From positions 1 through 64,000 of the IMG/VR virus record IMGVR_UViG_3300020395_000002: a stretch of 64,000 bases of DNA; one strand, written 5' to 3'. The notes beneath the pieces were generated by a model. That model worked only from the letters and a program-made list of their open reading frames with translations, was not told the origin of the DNA and made no database searches. The position numbers and the translations under genes were made by a program. Below are positions 8,062 through 17,353 of the stretch, in pieces (the first letter of the stretch is position 1; every line of letters begins with the position of its first letter). The DNA comes from a virus.

Positions 8062-8744
8062 TGCCCCTCTACGAATTTGCTAATAAAGATAATGAATCTG
8101 TTGGGGAATTGTTCTTGACGCTAGAGCAACGAGAAGATTTCCTAAGACAGAATCCTAATCTACACGTGGTACCAGGTAAGTTAAGGTATGCAGCACATAA
8201 ATCTGCTGAATCTTTCCCTAGCTATCCTGATATGGATAATGAAACTAAACCAGTAGAGGAGAGAGGTCAAAACTTTGAACCACCTGTTCCTGCATCTTGG
8301 AAGGACAGTGATGAAGATACTGGTAAGACTGGGTTCAAGATCACAGACAAACGTAAGGTGCAACGAAGTCATTTTGATGAAGATATTAAAAAGTATGGTA
8401 AGATAGTTGGAACTCCTAAGATGTTAGGAGATAGTTCGACTGACTTCCACATTGATAAGGTTGACTCAGACAAACCTATCACTCCACGTGAAGAGTATGA
8501 GTACAATCAAAAGATGGAGTCCGAGGATAAACAAGGTCAATTAGATCGAAGAGCAGGGATGAAAGGTCTTACCTCTGGTGATGCTATTCATCTCTCTGAC
8601 TCTCAAGAACTTATGCCTTGGGAACAAGGATTTTCTAAAGCAAACAAGAAAGTCTATGATGAAGCAGCAAACACCGATCAAAACCGTATCAAGGAGGACA
8701 AACATCGTGAACGTGTTAAACTTGGACTTGAGGATGAGGACTAA
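8061..8744 (+). CDS. Hypothetical protein with FmdB-like MPxY N-terminus and long charged tail
   Basis: N-terminal ~35 aa resemble the downstream 80-aa protein. Confidence 0.65.
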   Translation: MPLYEFANKDNESVGELFLTLEQREDFLRQNPNLHVVPGKLRYAAHKSAESFPSYPDMDNETKPVEERGQNFEPPVPASWKDSDEDTGKTGFKITDKRKVQRSHFDEDIKKYGKIVGTPKMLGDSSTDFHIDKVDSDKPITPREEYEYNQKMESEDKQGQLDRRAGMKGLTSGDAIHLSDSQELMPWEQGFSKANKKVYDEAANTDQNRIKEDKHRERVKLGLEDED

Positions 8745-8751
8745 ATAAATT

Positions 8752-8994
8752 ATGCCTACTTATCCTGTAAAAAATAGTAAGACTGGAGAGGAAAAGGAAC
8801 TCTCTATGTCTATGAAAGCCTACGCAGAGTGGAGAGAAGAGAACCCTGACTGGGATAAAGACTGGTCTAAGGGTTGTGCATCCGCAGGTGAAGTAGGTGA
8901 TTGGCGAATGAAAACCGATGGTGGATGGAACGAAGTCTTACATAAAGTAAGTCAAGAACCTGGTGCCAACGTTAAACCATACAAATACTACTAA
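8752..8994 (+). CDS. Conserved small protein (FmdB-like N-terminus) preceding phoH
   Basis: MPTYPVKNSKTGE...GWNEVLHKV...PGA. Confidence 0.75.
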   Translation: MPTYPVKNSKTGEEKELSMSMKAYAEWREENPDWDKDWSKGCASAGEVGDWRMKTDGGWNEVLHKVSQEPGANVKPYKYY

Positions 8995-9744
8995 ATGCCA
9001 CGTAAAAAATCCGTATCCACTCTGTCCACTAAGCAGATGAAACGTACTAAGCCTATTAATTCAGAACTATTAAAACCAATAGAACCTCTGACTCCTGCAC
9101 AAGAATCTTTGTGGGAACAGTACGCACTTGGAAAGAATCTAGTAGCTTATGGATGTGCTGGTACAGGTAAGACATTCTGCCTTTTGTATCAAGCATTGAA
9201 GGAGGTCTTGACAGAAAGCACTCCTTATGAGAAAATATACATTGTAAGGTCACTAGTTCCTACAAGGGAGATAGGGTTCTTACCTGGCACCCACGAGGAC
9301 AAATCATATTTGTATCAGATTCCTTACAGGAATATGGTCAAGCATATGTTCTCAATGTATACGGACAAAGAATTTGACTCGCTTTACGATGACCTCCAAA
9401 GACAGGAGACGATTAGTTTTTGGTCTACTTCTTTTCTACGGGGTACGACTCTTGATAATGCTATTATAATCGTGGATGAATTCGAGAACTTGAATTTTCA
9501 CGAGTTAGATAGTATAATGACAAGGGTTGGTGAGAACAGCAAGATTTTCTTTGCTGGTGACGCTAGCCAGTCTGACCTACTTAAGGTCACAGAACGCACT
9601 GGCATTCTAGATTTTATGCAGATCCTTAATGGTATGCCTGAATTCAGCAAGGTTGAATTCGGTCTTGAGGATATCGTGAGGTCTGGTCTGGTTAGATCGT
9701 ATCTGGTCTCCAAGATCAACCAAGGTTATGATGAAAACATTTGA
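8995..9744 (+). CDS. phoH: PhoH-family ATPase
   Basis: GCAGTGKT Walker A, IGFLPG, LRGTTL, IVDEFEN, GDASQSD. Confidence 0.95.
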   Translation: MPRKKSVSTLSTKQMKRTKPINSELLKPIEPLTPAQESLWEQYALGKNLVAYGCAGTGKTFCLLYQALKEVLTESTPYEKIYIVRSLVPTREIGFLPGTHEDKSYLYQIPYRNMVKHMFSMYTDKEFDSLYDDLQRQETISFWSTSFLRGTTLDNAIIIVDEFENLNFHELDSIMTRVGENSKIFFAGDASQSDLLKVTERTGILDFMQILNGMPEFSKVEFGLEDIVRSGLVRSYLVSKINQGYDENI

Positions 9745-10414
9745 TCATTCTGAACTAATTGAATCGGTAAACTTGAAGAGACAAATGGTGGAAGGCAAAC
9801 GCCTTTACGCTGTGGAGGATGAACATTATCCTTCAGTCACTACAGTACTATCTAATCAAAAGAAAAAGAAAGCCATCATTAACAAGTGGCGTAAGAAAGT
9901 TGGTAAAGAGGAAGCAGATCGTGTCACTAAGCGATCTTGTACCAGAGGTACCAACTTTCACGCTATCTGTGAAGATTACATTATGAATAGGTTAGACCTA
10001 GAGAATCATAAAGATTCTCCTCTACCTGTACAGATGTTTCGCACTTCACAGTCTGTTATAGATAGAATAGATAGACCTAGACTAGTCGAGTCTATGTTAT
10101 GGTCTCACACTTTAAAGATCGCAGGTCAGGTTGACATTATTGCTGAACTTGATGGAGTACTATCCGTCATTGATTTCAAGACATCAAAGTCACCTAAGAG
10201 ACAGAACATTCTGGATGGATACTTCACTCAGATGTGTGCCTATGGCTATATGTTCTATGAAATATATGGTATCGAGGTAGAACAGTTCGCTGTTCTTGTT
10301 GCTTGTGAAGATGGTGAGTGTCAGTTAGTTAAGACTACTGACAAAAGAACTCATTATCATAATCTTAAAGCGGCCATCGAAGAATATGGAATGAATTATG
10401 CCACAGCCACCTGA
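9728..10414 (+). CDS. PD-(D/E)XK exonuclease
   Basis: YPSVTTVL, RGTNFH, AGQVD...VIDFKTS, QMCAY. Confidence 0.85.
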   Translation: MMKTFDHSELIESVNLKRQMVEGKRLYAVEDEHYPSVTTVLSNQKKKKAIINKWRKKVGKEEADRVTKRSCTRGTNFHAICEDYIMNRLDLENHKDSPLPVQMFRTSQSVIDRIDRPRLVESMLWSHTLKIAGQVDIIAELDGVLSVIDFKTSKSPKRQNILDGYFTQMCAYGYMFYEIYGIEVEQFAVLVACEDGECQLVKTTDKRTHYHNLKAAIEEYGMNYATAT

Positions 10415-10652
10415 TGAAATTGAATCTAAATTTATGACTGCTACAAAATTTGCTGGCGAGATTGAAAAACTAGTTGCTGATAACAACGATATGAATTATA
10501 TCGATGCTATCATTCACTTCTGTGAAACAAATGGTATTGAGTTAGATACTATTAATAAACTAGTTTCTAAACCACTTAAAGAGAAACTTAAGTTCGATGC
10601 ACAGCGTCTGAACTTTATGAAAAGAACCTCCCGTGCTAAACTAACTTTTTGA
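10398..10652 (+). CDS. gp33: Late promoter transcription coactivator gp33
   Basis: YIDAIIHFCE...KPLKEKLKFDAQRLNF. Confidence 0.9.
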   Translation: MPQPPDEIESKFMTATKFAGEIEKLVADNNDMNYIDAIIHFCETNGIELDTINKLVSKPLKEKLKFDAQRLNFMKRTSRAKLTF

Positions 10653-10653
10653 T

Positions 10654-10992
10654 ATGAGCTTCCAAGATTCTGAATTTGTTCAACAAGAAATTAAATACAT
10701 TAATGGATTGCAAGATCGTCTAGCACAAATGACGATGGCATTTCCAGAACTTGATGCTGAAGAGAAGGAAGAGTACATTGATATAGTAGAGACACTTCTA
10801 AAGAAACAGAGAGTTCTTTGGGCACGTGTAGAATTGTGTAAGAAGGATGACCCTGTTGCAAAACAGATGGCTAGTGATGTTCGTAAGGTTATGAGTGCTG
10901 TCGGTATCCCTGACAACGTGAGTGTATCTGAGGTCTTTAATAATATTGATACAATGATCGTAGCACTAAAGAAAACGGTAGCGGAGATGTGA
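10654..10992 (+). CDS. DUF1825-family cyanobacterial-type protein
   Basis: SFQDSEFVQQE...KQRVLWARVEL..DDP pattern. Confidence 0.7.
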   Translation: MSFQDSEFVQQEIKYINGLQDRLAQMTMAFPELDAEEKEEYIDIVETLLKKQRVLWARVELCKKDDPVAKQMASDVRKVMSAVGIPDNVSVSEVFNNIDTMIVALKKTVAEM

Positions 10993-11207
10993 TGAGGGTT
11001 TGTACAGTATGTGGTGCAACGTGGATAGATGGACAACACTACTGGAAGACTGGTAAGGTCGGTGATCCCCACGACCTAGCAGGTTTGGTATGCAATACCC
11101 ACTTCGATAAGGATTGCATCAACCCCTGTCTTGGTAGCACTTCAGGACAAACTTGGGAGATCCGAAAGCAATTACTTGACAACTTGGGAGAAGAGTATTA
11201 TAATTAG
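10989..11207 (+). CDS. Small Cys-rich, putative metal-binding protein
   Basis: CTVC...DLAGLVCN...CINPC. Confidence 0.7.
   Translation: MMRVCTVCGATWIDGQHYWKTGKVGDPHDLAGLVCNTHFDKDCINPCLGSTSGQTWEIRKQLLDNLGEEYYN
11176..11204 (+). promoter_or_regulatory. Perfect sigma70 consensus promoter
   Basis: TTGACA (11176-81), 17 nt, TATAAT (11199-204). Confidence 0.85.
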
Positions 11208-11237
11208 TTTGTCGTTACCTGATAATTTATTTCTACG

Positions 11238-12317
11238 ATGACAATCGCACAATCCTTAGGGATTCCCCAGTCACAGGAAGATTTCCTATGTGACTACTGG
11301 AAGACTGAGTACTGTGACCCTGACAACTGGACATATCTTGCGTCCACTTACTTCACACCTGGTGTGCATTTGGTAGGTGATCCTAAGATGAGACTGTGGG
11401 AGGAATCTCCTAACAGTTGGAAGAATCCAGGTCGTTATAAGTTCAGTGCCTCACGTGTTCTAGATCTCGTAAGAGAAATTGAAACCAAAGGAATTGATCC
11501 TAAGATCGGTTCTTTTGTATACTATGACGTTGAAACAGGTGAAACTGTCAACGGTGAACATAGACGTGGTGCTTCTGACCCTCGCTACCTAGCCATACCA
11601 GGTTGGATGATGCAAGGGGTACGATTTGACAACGAGGCAGCAAAGATTAAATTTGCTACCAAGTCTAACAATCGTGTCGAAGTATTTCACACTAATACCT
11701 CTCCCGATGACGTTGAGTCAGCAGCGAGACAAATTGTTAACCTTGAAAGGATCTATACCTTTGATGGTATTAAAGATCTTGTTTCGGAGTTAGGTGCTCA
11801 TCTAACTTCTTACTATCACGACAAGATCGCTAGTAAAATATATGCTGAGTACACCTATAAGAATGGTGTTACTGATGGTGTAAGATACAGAACTTACAAT
11901 CAGCATACGGTTAACATCTACGTGGAATCTCGTCCTGATTTAGAATGGTTTGATTCATTCTATAACAATGATGATGAGTTATGTCTCTACGTTCAAGTGC
12001 AGCACTTTGAACCACGGATAGCATCTATTCTATCCTTGGCAGAGCGTGCACAAGAAGAGGACAAGCCAGTACACTTCCTCATTAGTTTGCCTATACCTCA
12101 GGGTAAAGCATCACTAGAGAGTAAGAGACTTTCTTTCTTCTCTACGCACTTGCAGAGTCTTGAGACTAGACTGATAAACATATCAAGTCTAGGAAGTAAG
12201 CATCGTGCTTTCTTCCCTTGGAATCACCCTGATTCAAAGCACAGGTTCCTTCCACAGGACACCGAAAATGAGGATATAAATTCATTAATTTATGTCCCAA
12301 ACAGGCAGTTCAACTAG
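11238..12317 (+). CDS. Hypothetical protein with ParB/Srx-like N-terminal motif
   Basis: LVREIETKGID...VNGEHRRGA; 359 aa with its own promoter. Confidence 0.6.
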   Translation: MTIAQSLGIPQSQEDFLCDYWKTEYCDPDNWTYLASTYFTPGVHLVGDPKMRLWEESPNSWKNPGRYKFSASRVLDLVREIETKGIDPKIGSFVYYDVETGETVNGEHRRGASDPRYLAIPGWMMQGVRFDNEAAKIKFATKSNNRVEVFHTNTSPDDVESAARQIVNLERIYTFDGIKDLVSELGAHLTSYYHDKIASKIYAEYTYKNGVTDGVRYRTYNQHTVNIYVESRPDLEWFDSFYNNDDELCLYVQVQHFEPRIASILSLAERAQEEDKPVHFLISLPIPQGKASLESKRLSFFSTHLQSLETRLINISSLGSKHRAFFPWNHPDSKHRFLPQDTENEDINSLIYVPNRQFN

Positions 12318-12318
12318 C

Positions 12319-12381
12319 CTAAATACTAGGGAGGACTTGTCCTCCCTTTTAAATCTAATCCAATTAATCTAACTAAATCTA
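12319..12381 (+). promoter_or_regulatory. gp32 leader: late promoter, hairpin and unstructured AATCT repeats
   Basis: CTAAATA at 12319; agggagga/tcctccct stem 12328-47; aaatctaatccaattaatctaactaaatcta before the ATG. Confidence 0.6.
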
Positions 12382-13257
12382 ATGTCATTTTCGACACTTA
12401 AGAAGCGTTCTGGTTCATCACTAGAGAGTCTAGTAAAAGAAGCAGAGAAGTTAAACAAGCAAGGTCCAGGTGCAGACGAGAGATTCTGGAAACCAGAACT
12501 CGATAAGTCTGGTAACGGTTACGCAGTAATTCGTTTCCTACCAGCACCAGATGGTGAAGACCTACCGTGGGCAAAGGTATACTCCCACGCATTTCAAGGT
12601 CCAGGAGGATGGTACATCGAAAACTCCTTGACCACAGTGAACAAGAAAGATCCAGTAGGTGAAGTCAATCGCAAGTTGTGGAACTCTGGTATCGATTCCG
12701 ACAAGGACATAGCACGTAAGCAGAAGCGTAAGCTATCTTACTACACTAACATCCAAGTCGTTCGTGATCCTGCACACCCTGAGAATGAGGGTAAGGTATT
12801 CTTATACAAATTCGGTAAGAAGATCTATGATAAGATCACTGCTGCAATGCAGCCTGAGTTTGAGGATGAGACACCAATCAATCCTTTTGATCTATGGGAA
12901 GGTGCTAACTTCAAGTTAAAAATTTGTAAGGTAGCAGGTTTCTGGAACTATGACAAGTCTGAGTTTGATAGTGTTAGTGCTCTTGATACAGATGATGCTA
13001 AACTTGAAGCCATCTGGAAAGAAGAGCATTCGTTAACTGCCTTTACTAATGAAGACCAGTTTAAAACTTATGAAGAGTTGCAGACTAGGTTGAATGAAGT
13101 ACTTGGTACTAACAAACGTGCTGCTGTACCAACAGTAGATGATGAAGAGTACGAACCTGTTGCAGCAGTTGCAGCATCGACTCCTACTCCAGCAACTAGA
13201 TCAGAAAGTAGTGACGATCAACTGTCATACTTTGCTAGACTGGCAGAGGAAGAGTAA
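12382..13257 (+). CDS. gp32: Single-stranded DNA-binding protein gp32
   Basis: DERFWKPELDKSGNGYAVIRFLP, GANFKLKI, NYDKSEF, acidic tail ending LSYFARLAEEE. Confidence 0.97.
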   Translation: MSFSTLKKRSGSSLESLVKEAEKLNKQGPGADERFWKPELDKSGNGYAVIRFLPAPDGEDLPWAKVYSHAFQGPGGWYIENSLTTVNKKDPVGEVNRKLWNSGIDSDKDIARKQKRKLSYYTNIQVVRDPAHPENEGKVFLYKFGKKIYDKITAAMQPEFEDETPINPFDLWEGANFKLKICKVAGFWNYDKSEFDSVSALDTDDAKLEAIWKEEHSLTAFTNEDQFKTYEELQTRLNEVLGTNKRAAVPTVDDEEYEPVAAVAASTPTPATRSESSDDQLSYFARLAEEE

Positions 13258-13277
13258 TTTAGTTTGTATATTACACG

Positions 13278-13308
13278 ATACCCCGAAAAAAATTCGGGGT
13301 ATTTTTTT
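13278..13308 (+). terminator. Terminator between convergent gp32 and gp53 (also a degenerate copy of the dispersed element)
   Basis: ataccccgaa-aaaaa-ttcggggtat followed by T run. Confidence 0.8.
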
Positions 13309-13322
13309 GTCTATAAGGTTTT

Positions 13323-15389
13323 TTATATTGCTGATCTCTTGAGTGTCCTACTAATAGTATCAGTAGCCTTTTTATATGGAAGTTGTTCTTTCATCTCTTC
13401 TATAAACTGACGCAGATATCTCGTACGTAAGATGTATATACTTCTCTTCTTATCATTTGCTCTTGTCTCGAACTCGTGGTGAGTAATAGGATCTACTATT
13501 GATGCACCTTGAAGTGTGACTAGTGATCCAGTTGGATCTCTGTATCTAAAACTATCTCTAATTAATTTCTCCCAACCTGATGTATTAGTCATTAGTCTGT
13601 TCAGTTTATATCTAAACTTGTTGCCATCTTTATCCATCCACGTTGGTTCTGTAAATGTAGAAGCATTGAAGTTAGTAACTGTAGCTTGAGCACTAGTATC
13701 AAACCCAGACAATAACATATCATTTGTCACTGGATTGTTGCTATCCCAAGAAGTTAATTTGATACCCATAGTGGTACCGTTGTAGCTAGTTACTTCTCCT
13801 GCTGCTCCATTGGTAAACGTTACTGCTTCCCCTACTGCAAAAGTGGTACTACTTTCGACTACTGGTATGCTAAAAGTTGCGTGTGTATCTGGCGTATCTG
13901 TAGTACCACTTTGACCTGCCATATAAAGATACCTAATAGACCCATACGATCCCTGATTGTTAACAGTAACAGAGTCGATACTAAGACCACGTACTACAGT
14001 AGCTACTGCACCACCACCAGTGCTATCATTTACATTGTTAGTAAAGGTAATACCACTAGCACCATATACTTTTGAGGTATCAATGAAGTTAATACTTGTG
14101 AAACCAAAGTGATCGTAAGGAGGACCACTATTTCCTGGTTGATACAACTGGAAGAATACATTAGGAACCTTAAGGTTCTCAGGTATCTCAAAGTCGTATG
14201 GTTCTAGGTTACCTGAACCTGTACCGTTAGGAACAGCTTCAATAACAACACCCAATGTAATCCAAGCACTGTGATCTGGATCTGTATCAGTTGTGATCTG
14301 ATATCTTAAACGAAGTTCTTCTACACCTGGAATGTCTGGTGTTTCACCACCATTACTACCATTACCACGGATAGCATACACCCGAACAGTATTGTAATTA
14401 GTCATATCAACTTTGTTGATGACTACACTTCTCTCACCCCAACTATCACCTAATCTTAGGTGAGTGCTGCCCACATCAAAACCACCCGACGGACCAACAC
14501 CAGAACCATTCGGTGCAATAGTTGCACCATCACCGAACTCGTGGATGTTAGATGCGTCCGTTGTGTCGTAAGATGTACCATCAAGACGTATGTCTATGAC
14601 CTGACCATATGTCATTGAGTTTACATCTTTATCAATGATAGCTGTAGCAGTTTCACCTGCCATACCACCAGTTAGTGTAACGTCAGGTGGATATGTGTAT
14701 GCTTCACCACCACTTTGAATATCAAATCTCTTAAGGTATCCTGTTGCACTCATCACTGGTGTAACAGTTGCACTTACTGTTGGGAAGTCACCGTTACTTG
14801 TTTGTGGACCTTCTACTAATAGGTTGGGAGGGAATTCATATCCTCTACCACCATTTAATACAGTAACTTCTTCTACTACTAACTTCCTTTGTATCTCTAC
14901 TTCAATAGCACTCTCAGGTTTTGGTGCGTCACCATCCATAGGATCATTATACTCTGTCCAGTATGGTGCTTTGTAAAAATCCTCACCAACTAACTGACCC
15001 GCAGGTAATACTACATCACCAGCAGTGTTCTTTACTTCATTAGTTTCGTAGTGCTTGACATCAAATGGTCTTTCATATTTTTTATTAATATAGTCCTGTA
15101 ACACAGGAGTAGGCATTGGCCAGTCAAAGTATGGATTGATTATATTATTTGATAGTAAGATAACCCAGTCGTAAGCAGAACTTCCGTAAACTTTTTGAGA
15201 GATTAGATCTGGACGGTCAGCATCTGTTATAGTATATTGTTTGTAGTATACTAGACTATCTAATGCTGCATCAGATATTTTAAATCTTCTGAATATATTC
15301 TTTGCCGTAACGTACTGTTGCTCAGACCACGGGAACTTGATGGGTCTAATAGCTAGAGATATGTTAGGTAGGGTCTCGAAATATGCCAT
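13323..15389 (-). CDS. gp53: Baseplate wedge gp53, expanded by inserted domains
   Basis: MAYFETLPNI, KNIFRR, RPDLISQKVYG..YDWVILLSNNIINPYFDWP, C-terminal NDKKRSIYILR; 688 aa. Confidence 0.85.
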   Translation of the reverse strand: MAYFETLPNISLAIRPIKFPWSEQQYVTAKNIFRRFKISDAALDSLVYYKQYTITDADRPDLISQKVYGSSAYDWVILLSNNIINPYFDWPMPTPVLQDYINKKYERPFDVKHYETNEVKNTAGDVVLPAGQLVGEDFYKAPYWTEYNDPMDGDAPKPESAIEVEIQRKLVVEEVTVLNGGRGYEFPPNLLVEGPQTSNGDFPTVSATVTPVMSATGYLKRFDIQSGGEAYTYPPDVTLTGGMAGETATAIIDKDVNSMTYGQVIDIRLDGTSYDTTDASNIHEFGDGATIAPNGSGVGPSGGFDVGSTHLRLGDSWGERSVVINKVDMTNYNTVRVYAIRGNGSNGGETPDIPGVEELRLRYQITTDTDPDHSAWITLGVVIEAVPNGTGSGNLEPYDFEIPENLKVPNVFFQLYQPGNSGPPYDHFGFTSINFIDTSKVYGASGITFTNNVNDSTGGGAVATVVRGLSIDSVTVNNQGSYGSIRYLYMAGQSGTTDTPDTHATFSIPVVESSTTFAVGEAVTFTNGAAGEVTSYNGTTMGIKLTSWDSNNPVTNDMLLSGFDTSAQATVTNFNASTFTEPTWMDKDGNKFRYKLNRLMTNTSGWEKLIRDSFRYRDPTGSLVTLQGASIVDPITHHEFETRANDKKRSIYILRTRYLRQFIEEMKEQLPYKKATDTISRTLKRSAI

Positions 15390-16312
15390 TAGTAATACTG
15401 TTCGGTGTAGCTGAATGAATCACCATAGTCTTCACTGATGATTGCTTTTAGTTCTTGGAAGTTCATTTGTAAACCCACAGCAGTAGGTGCTCCGTCCTCT
15501 AGTGTTGAATAAGAACCAGCAGCAGTGTAGTTAACATTTATATTTGTGAGAGCACACGCTTTCATCTTATTTAACCAGTGGTTGTCTTGACTACCAGTTT
15601 TGTATTGTATCTTAAAGACGTGTGGTACTGTTGTGAACCATCCACCTTGAGATAACTCTGGTGCGGATGCTTTCTTGAACTGCCAGATCATTTCTTTAAT
15701 GATCCTTGATTCTCTTTCGTTCCTAGGTACTAGAGTCCATCTGAACTGGAAGGATCTTAGTCCTACTTTACTAAAGAATACTTCTAAGTTAGGGTTAACT
15801 ACCTGACCTATCAAACCACCAGTGATTTGACCTTCACTTAAATTAGTACTCTTGGCTACTGCATTTGCAGCAACACCTCTTAATAATGCTGGAAGTATAG
15901 ATGTGTCACTCGTTACTTCATTCATTGCTTCCTGTGCACCAGTCCAGAACTGACCTGAACCTCCACCTCCTATCATTGAACCTGCTGCTCTCATTCCAGC
16001 TAGTGCAAGTGGTCCTACACTTGCTTCATTCCAATTTCTACTAGCACTTTGTCCTATATCCTCTGGCATATAGAGGACTATCTTTTTGTAGGTAGAAGAA
16101 TCAAATTCACCACCACCTAGTCCAGTTATGTCATACTCAGAATAATTACCACCATAATTGTTACCACTATTATCTCCCAAACACTTTGCCTTTCTAAATG
16201 GAGGACTGTATTTGTAGACAGTGAACATCATATAATCATCAGCAGTTTCTACTTTGTCGAGTGGAAACCTTAACGATGCGTTACTGGATGATAGTATCTC
16301 TGATAAATTCAT
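15389..16312 (-). CDS. gp48: Baseplate tail-tube cap gp48
   Basis: LYMP, VNPNLEVFF..VGLRSFQFRW.LVPRNERES, FQEL. Confidence 0.85.
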   Translation of the reverse strand: MNLSEILSSSNASLRFPLDKVETADDYMMFTVYKYSPPFRKAKCLGDNSGNNYGGNYSEYDITGLGGGEFDSSTYKKIVLYMPEDIGQSASRNWNEASVGPLALAGMRAAGSMIGGGGSGQFWTGAQEAMNEVTSDTSILPALLRGVAANAVAKSTNLSEGQITGGLIGQVVNPNLEVFFSKVGLRSFQFRWTLVPRNERESRIIKEMIWQFKKASAPELSQGGWFTTVPHVFKIQYKTGSQDNHWLNKMKACALTNINVNYTAAGSYSTLEDGAPTAVGLQMNFQELKAIISEDYGDSFSYTEQYY

Positions 16313-16902
16313 TGAATCTTACGTTTGGCACGGAACCTAAATTTTGTCGCAGGATCATTCTTAAACCATACCGATTTGGAACTGATAGGTAGCTCTATAT
16401 TCCCTTGAAACTTTACAAATCTTTCGAGAGGCATATAGATTGCAGAATCCCAGTCAGTCTCAGCAATTTCTATGTAGAGACCATTTTCTACATCTTCACG
16501 TTTGTATTTATGGATAACTTTTCTAGGTACATCTATCTTACCCTTCAATAGAGCAGCAAGTGTCTTCAATCTCTTCTTGGGACTGACATAATGTAGGTTA
16601 GCCATATAAAAATGATCTCTCTTTCTACTTAATATTATACCTACTGGTAACTGGTCGTAGAAGGGTAGGTATTTTTTAGTTGCCTTGGCATCGTACTCAA
16701 ACAGTACCATAGTACCTACTCGTGGTGTAAACCTGACACCATTACCATCGTCAGTATTTGATTGCTCTCTCACTATGATCTGTTCTTTAGTTGTCTCGCT
16801 GAAACTAGAACGCAATGCTATAGAAGCTGCCTTCTTCCACCAAGTCTCTGGTCTATCTTGACCATCCTGTGCTGCTTCTAGTTTTTCAAAAACGGAGTCC
16901 AA
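16309..16902 (-). CDS. gp2: DNA end protector gp2
   Basis: FEYDAK...LPFYDQLP, NLHY, HKY, YMPLERF; synteny with gp4. Confidence 0.85.
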   Translation of the reverse strand: MDSVFEKLEAAQDGQDRPETWWKKAASIALRSSFSETTKEQIIVREQSNTDDGNGVRFTPRVGTMVLFEYDAKATKKYLPFYDQLPVGIILSRKRDHFYMANLHYVSPKKRLKTLAALLKGKIDVPRKVIHKYKREDVENGLYIEIAETDWDSAIYMPLERFVKFQGNIELPISSKSVWFKNDPATKFRFRAKRKIQ

Positions 16903-17323
16903 GTTCTTTCTCTGTGAAGACTAAAAATTCTGCTTGTCTTTTTCTACAATACTTCTTAGCTGCGTCCCACTTCGCTTGGTTCTTAGCATAAGTGTGTGCT
17001 TCAAAGAGGTATCGTTTCTTAGACTTAGATTTGTCTGGAGGTTTGGTTTGTTTGATCGGTTTGATCTCAATAATATATTTCTTTAACCTACCTTCTTTAT
17101 CCTTCACTTTTATATAGAAGTCAGGGTAGTACCGACTAACTCTATTGGTTAAAGGATTCTTGTATGGTATCCATATCTCCTCACTTCCCCACTCCAGAAT
17201 GTAGGGGTGTGTATCACAGTACTTCATAAATTTCTGCTCCCAAGAGGAGCGAAAGAATATATTTCTGTGATCTCCACGGTACTTGTGGACGTTCTTCGGA
17301 ATATATACGCCTTGCTTGTACAT
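16886..17323 (-). CDS. gp4: Head completion nuclease gp4
   Basis: KYRGD, RSSWE, WGSEE, YYPDFY, IEIKP, NQAKW. Confidence 0.92.
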   Translation of the reverse strand: MYKQGVYIPKNVHKYRGDHRNIFFRSSWEQKFMKYCDTHPYILEWGSEEIWIPYKNPLTNRVSRYYPDFYIKVKDKEGRLKKYIIEIKPIKQTKPPDKSKSKKRYLFEAHTYAKNQAKWDAAKKYCRKRQAEFLVFTEKELGLRF

Positions 17324-17353
17324 AAATAAGATGTATTCCTTTAGCCTATTTAG
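17322..17353. promoter_or_regulatory. Pair of opposed late promoters for gp54 (+) and gp4 (-)
   Basis: ATAAATA at 17322-28 (+) and CTAAATA at 17347-53 (-). Confidence 0.7.

Noticed and set aside
3048-8747. Identical 15-mer gatgaggactaaata at 3048 and 8733
   Set aside because: Explained by acidic C-termini (DED) plus the late promoter motif; too short to imply mobility
9728-10414. Cas4-like nuclease suggesting a CRISPR system
   Set aside because: Ordinary phage PD-(D/E)XK exonuclease in the phoH-gp33 interval; no array or other cas genes seen
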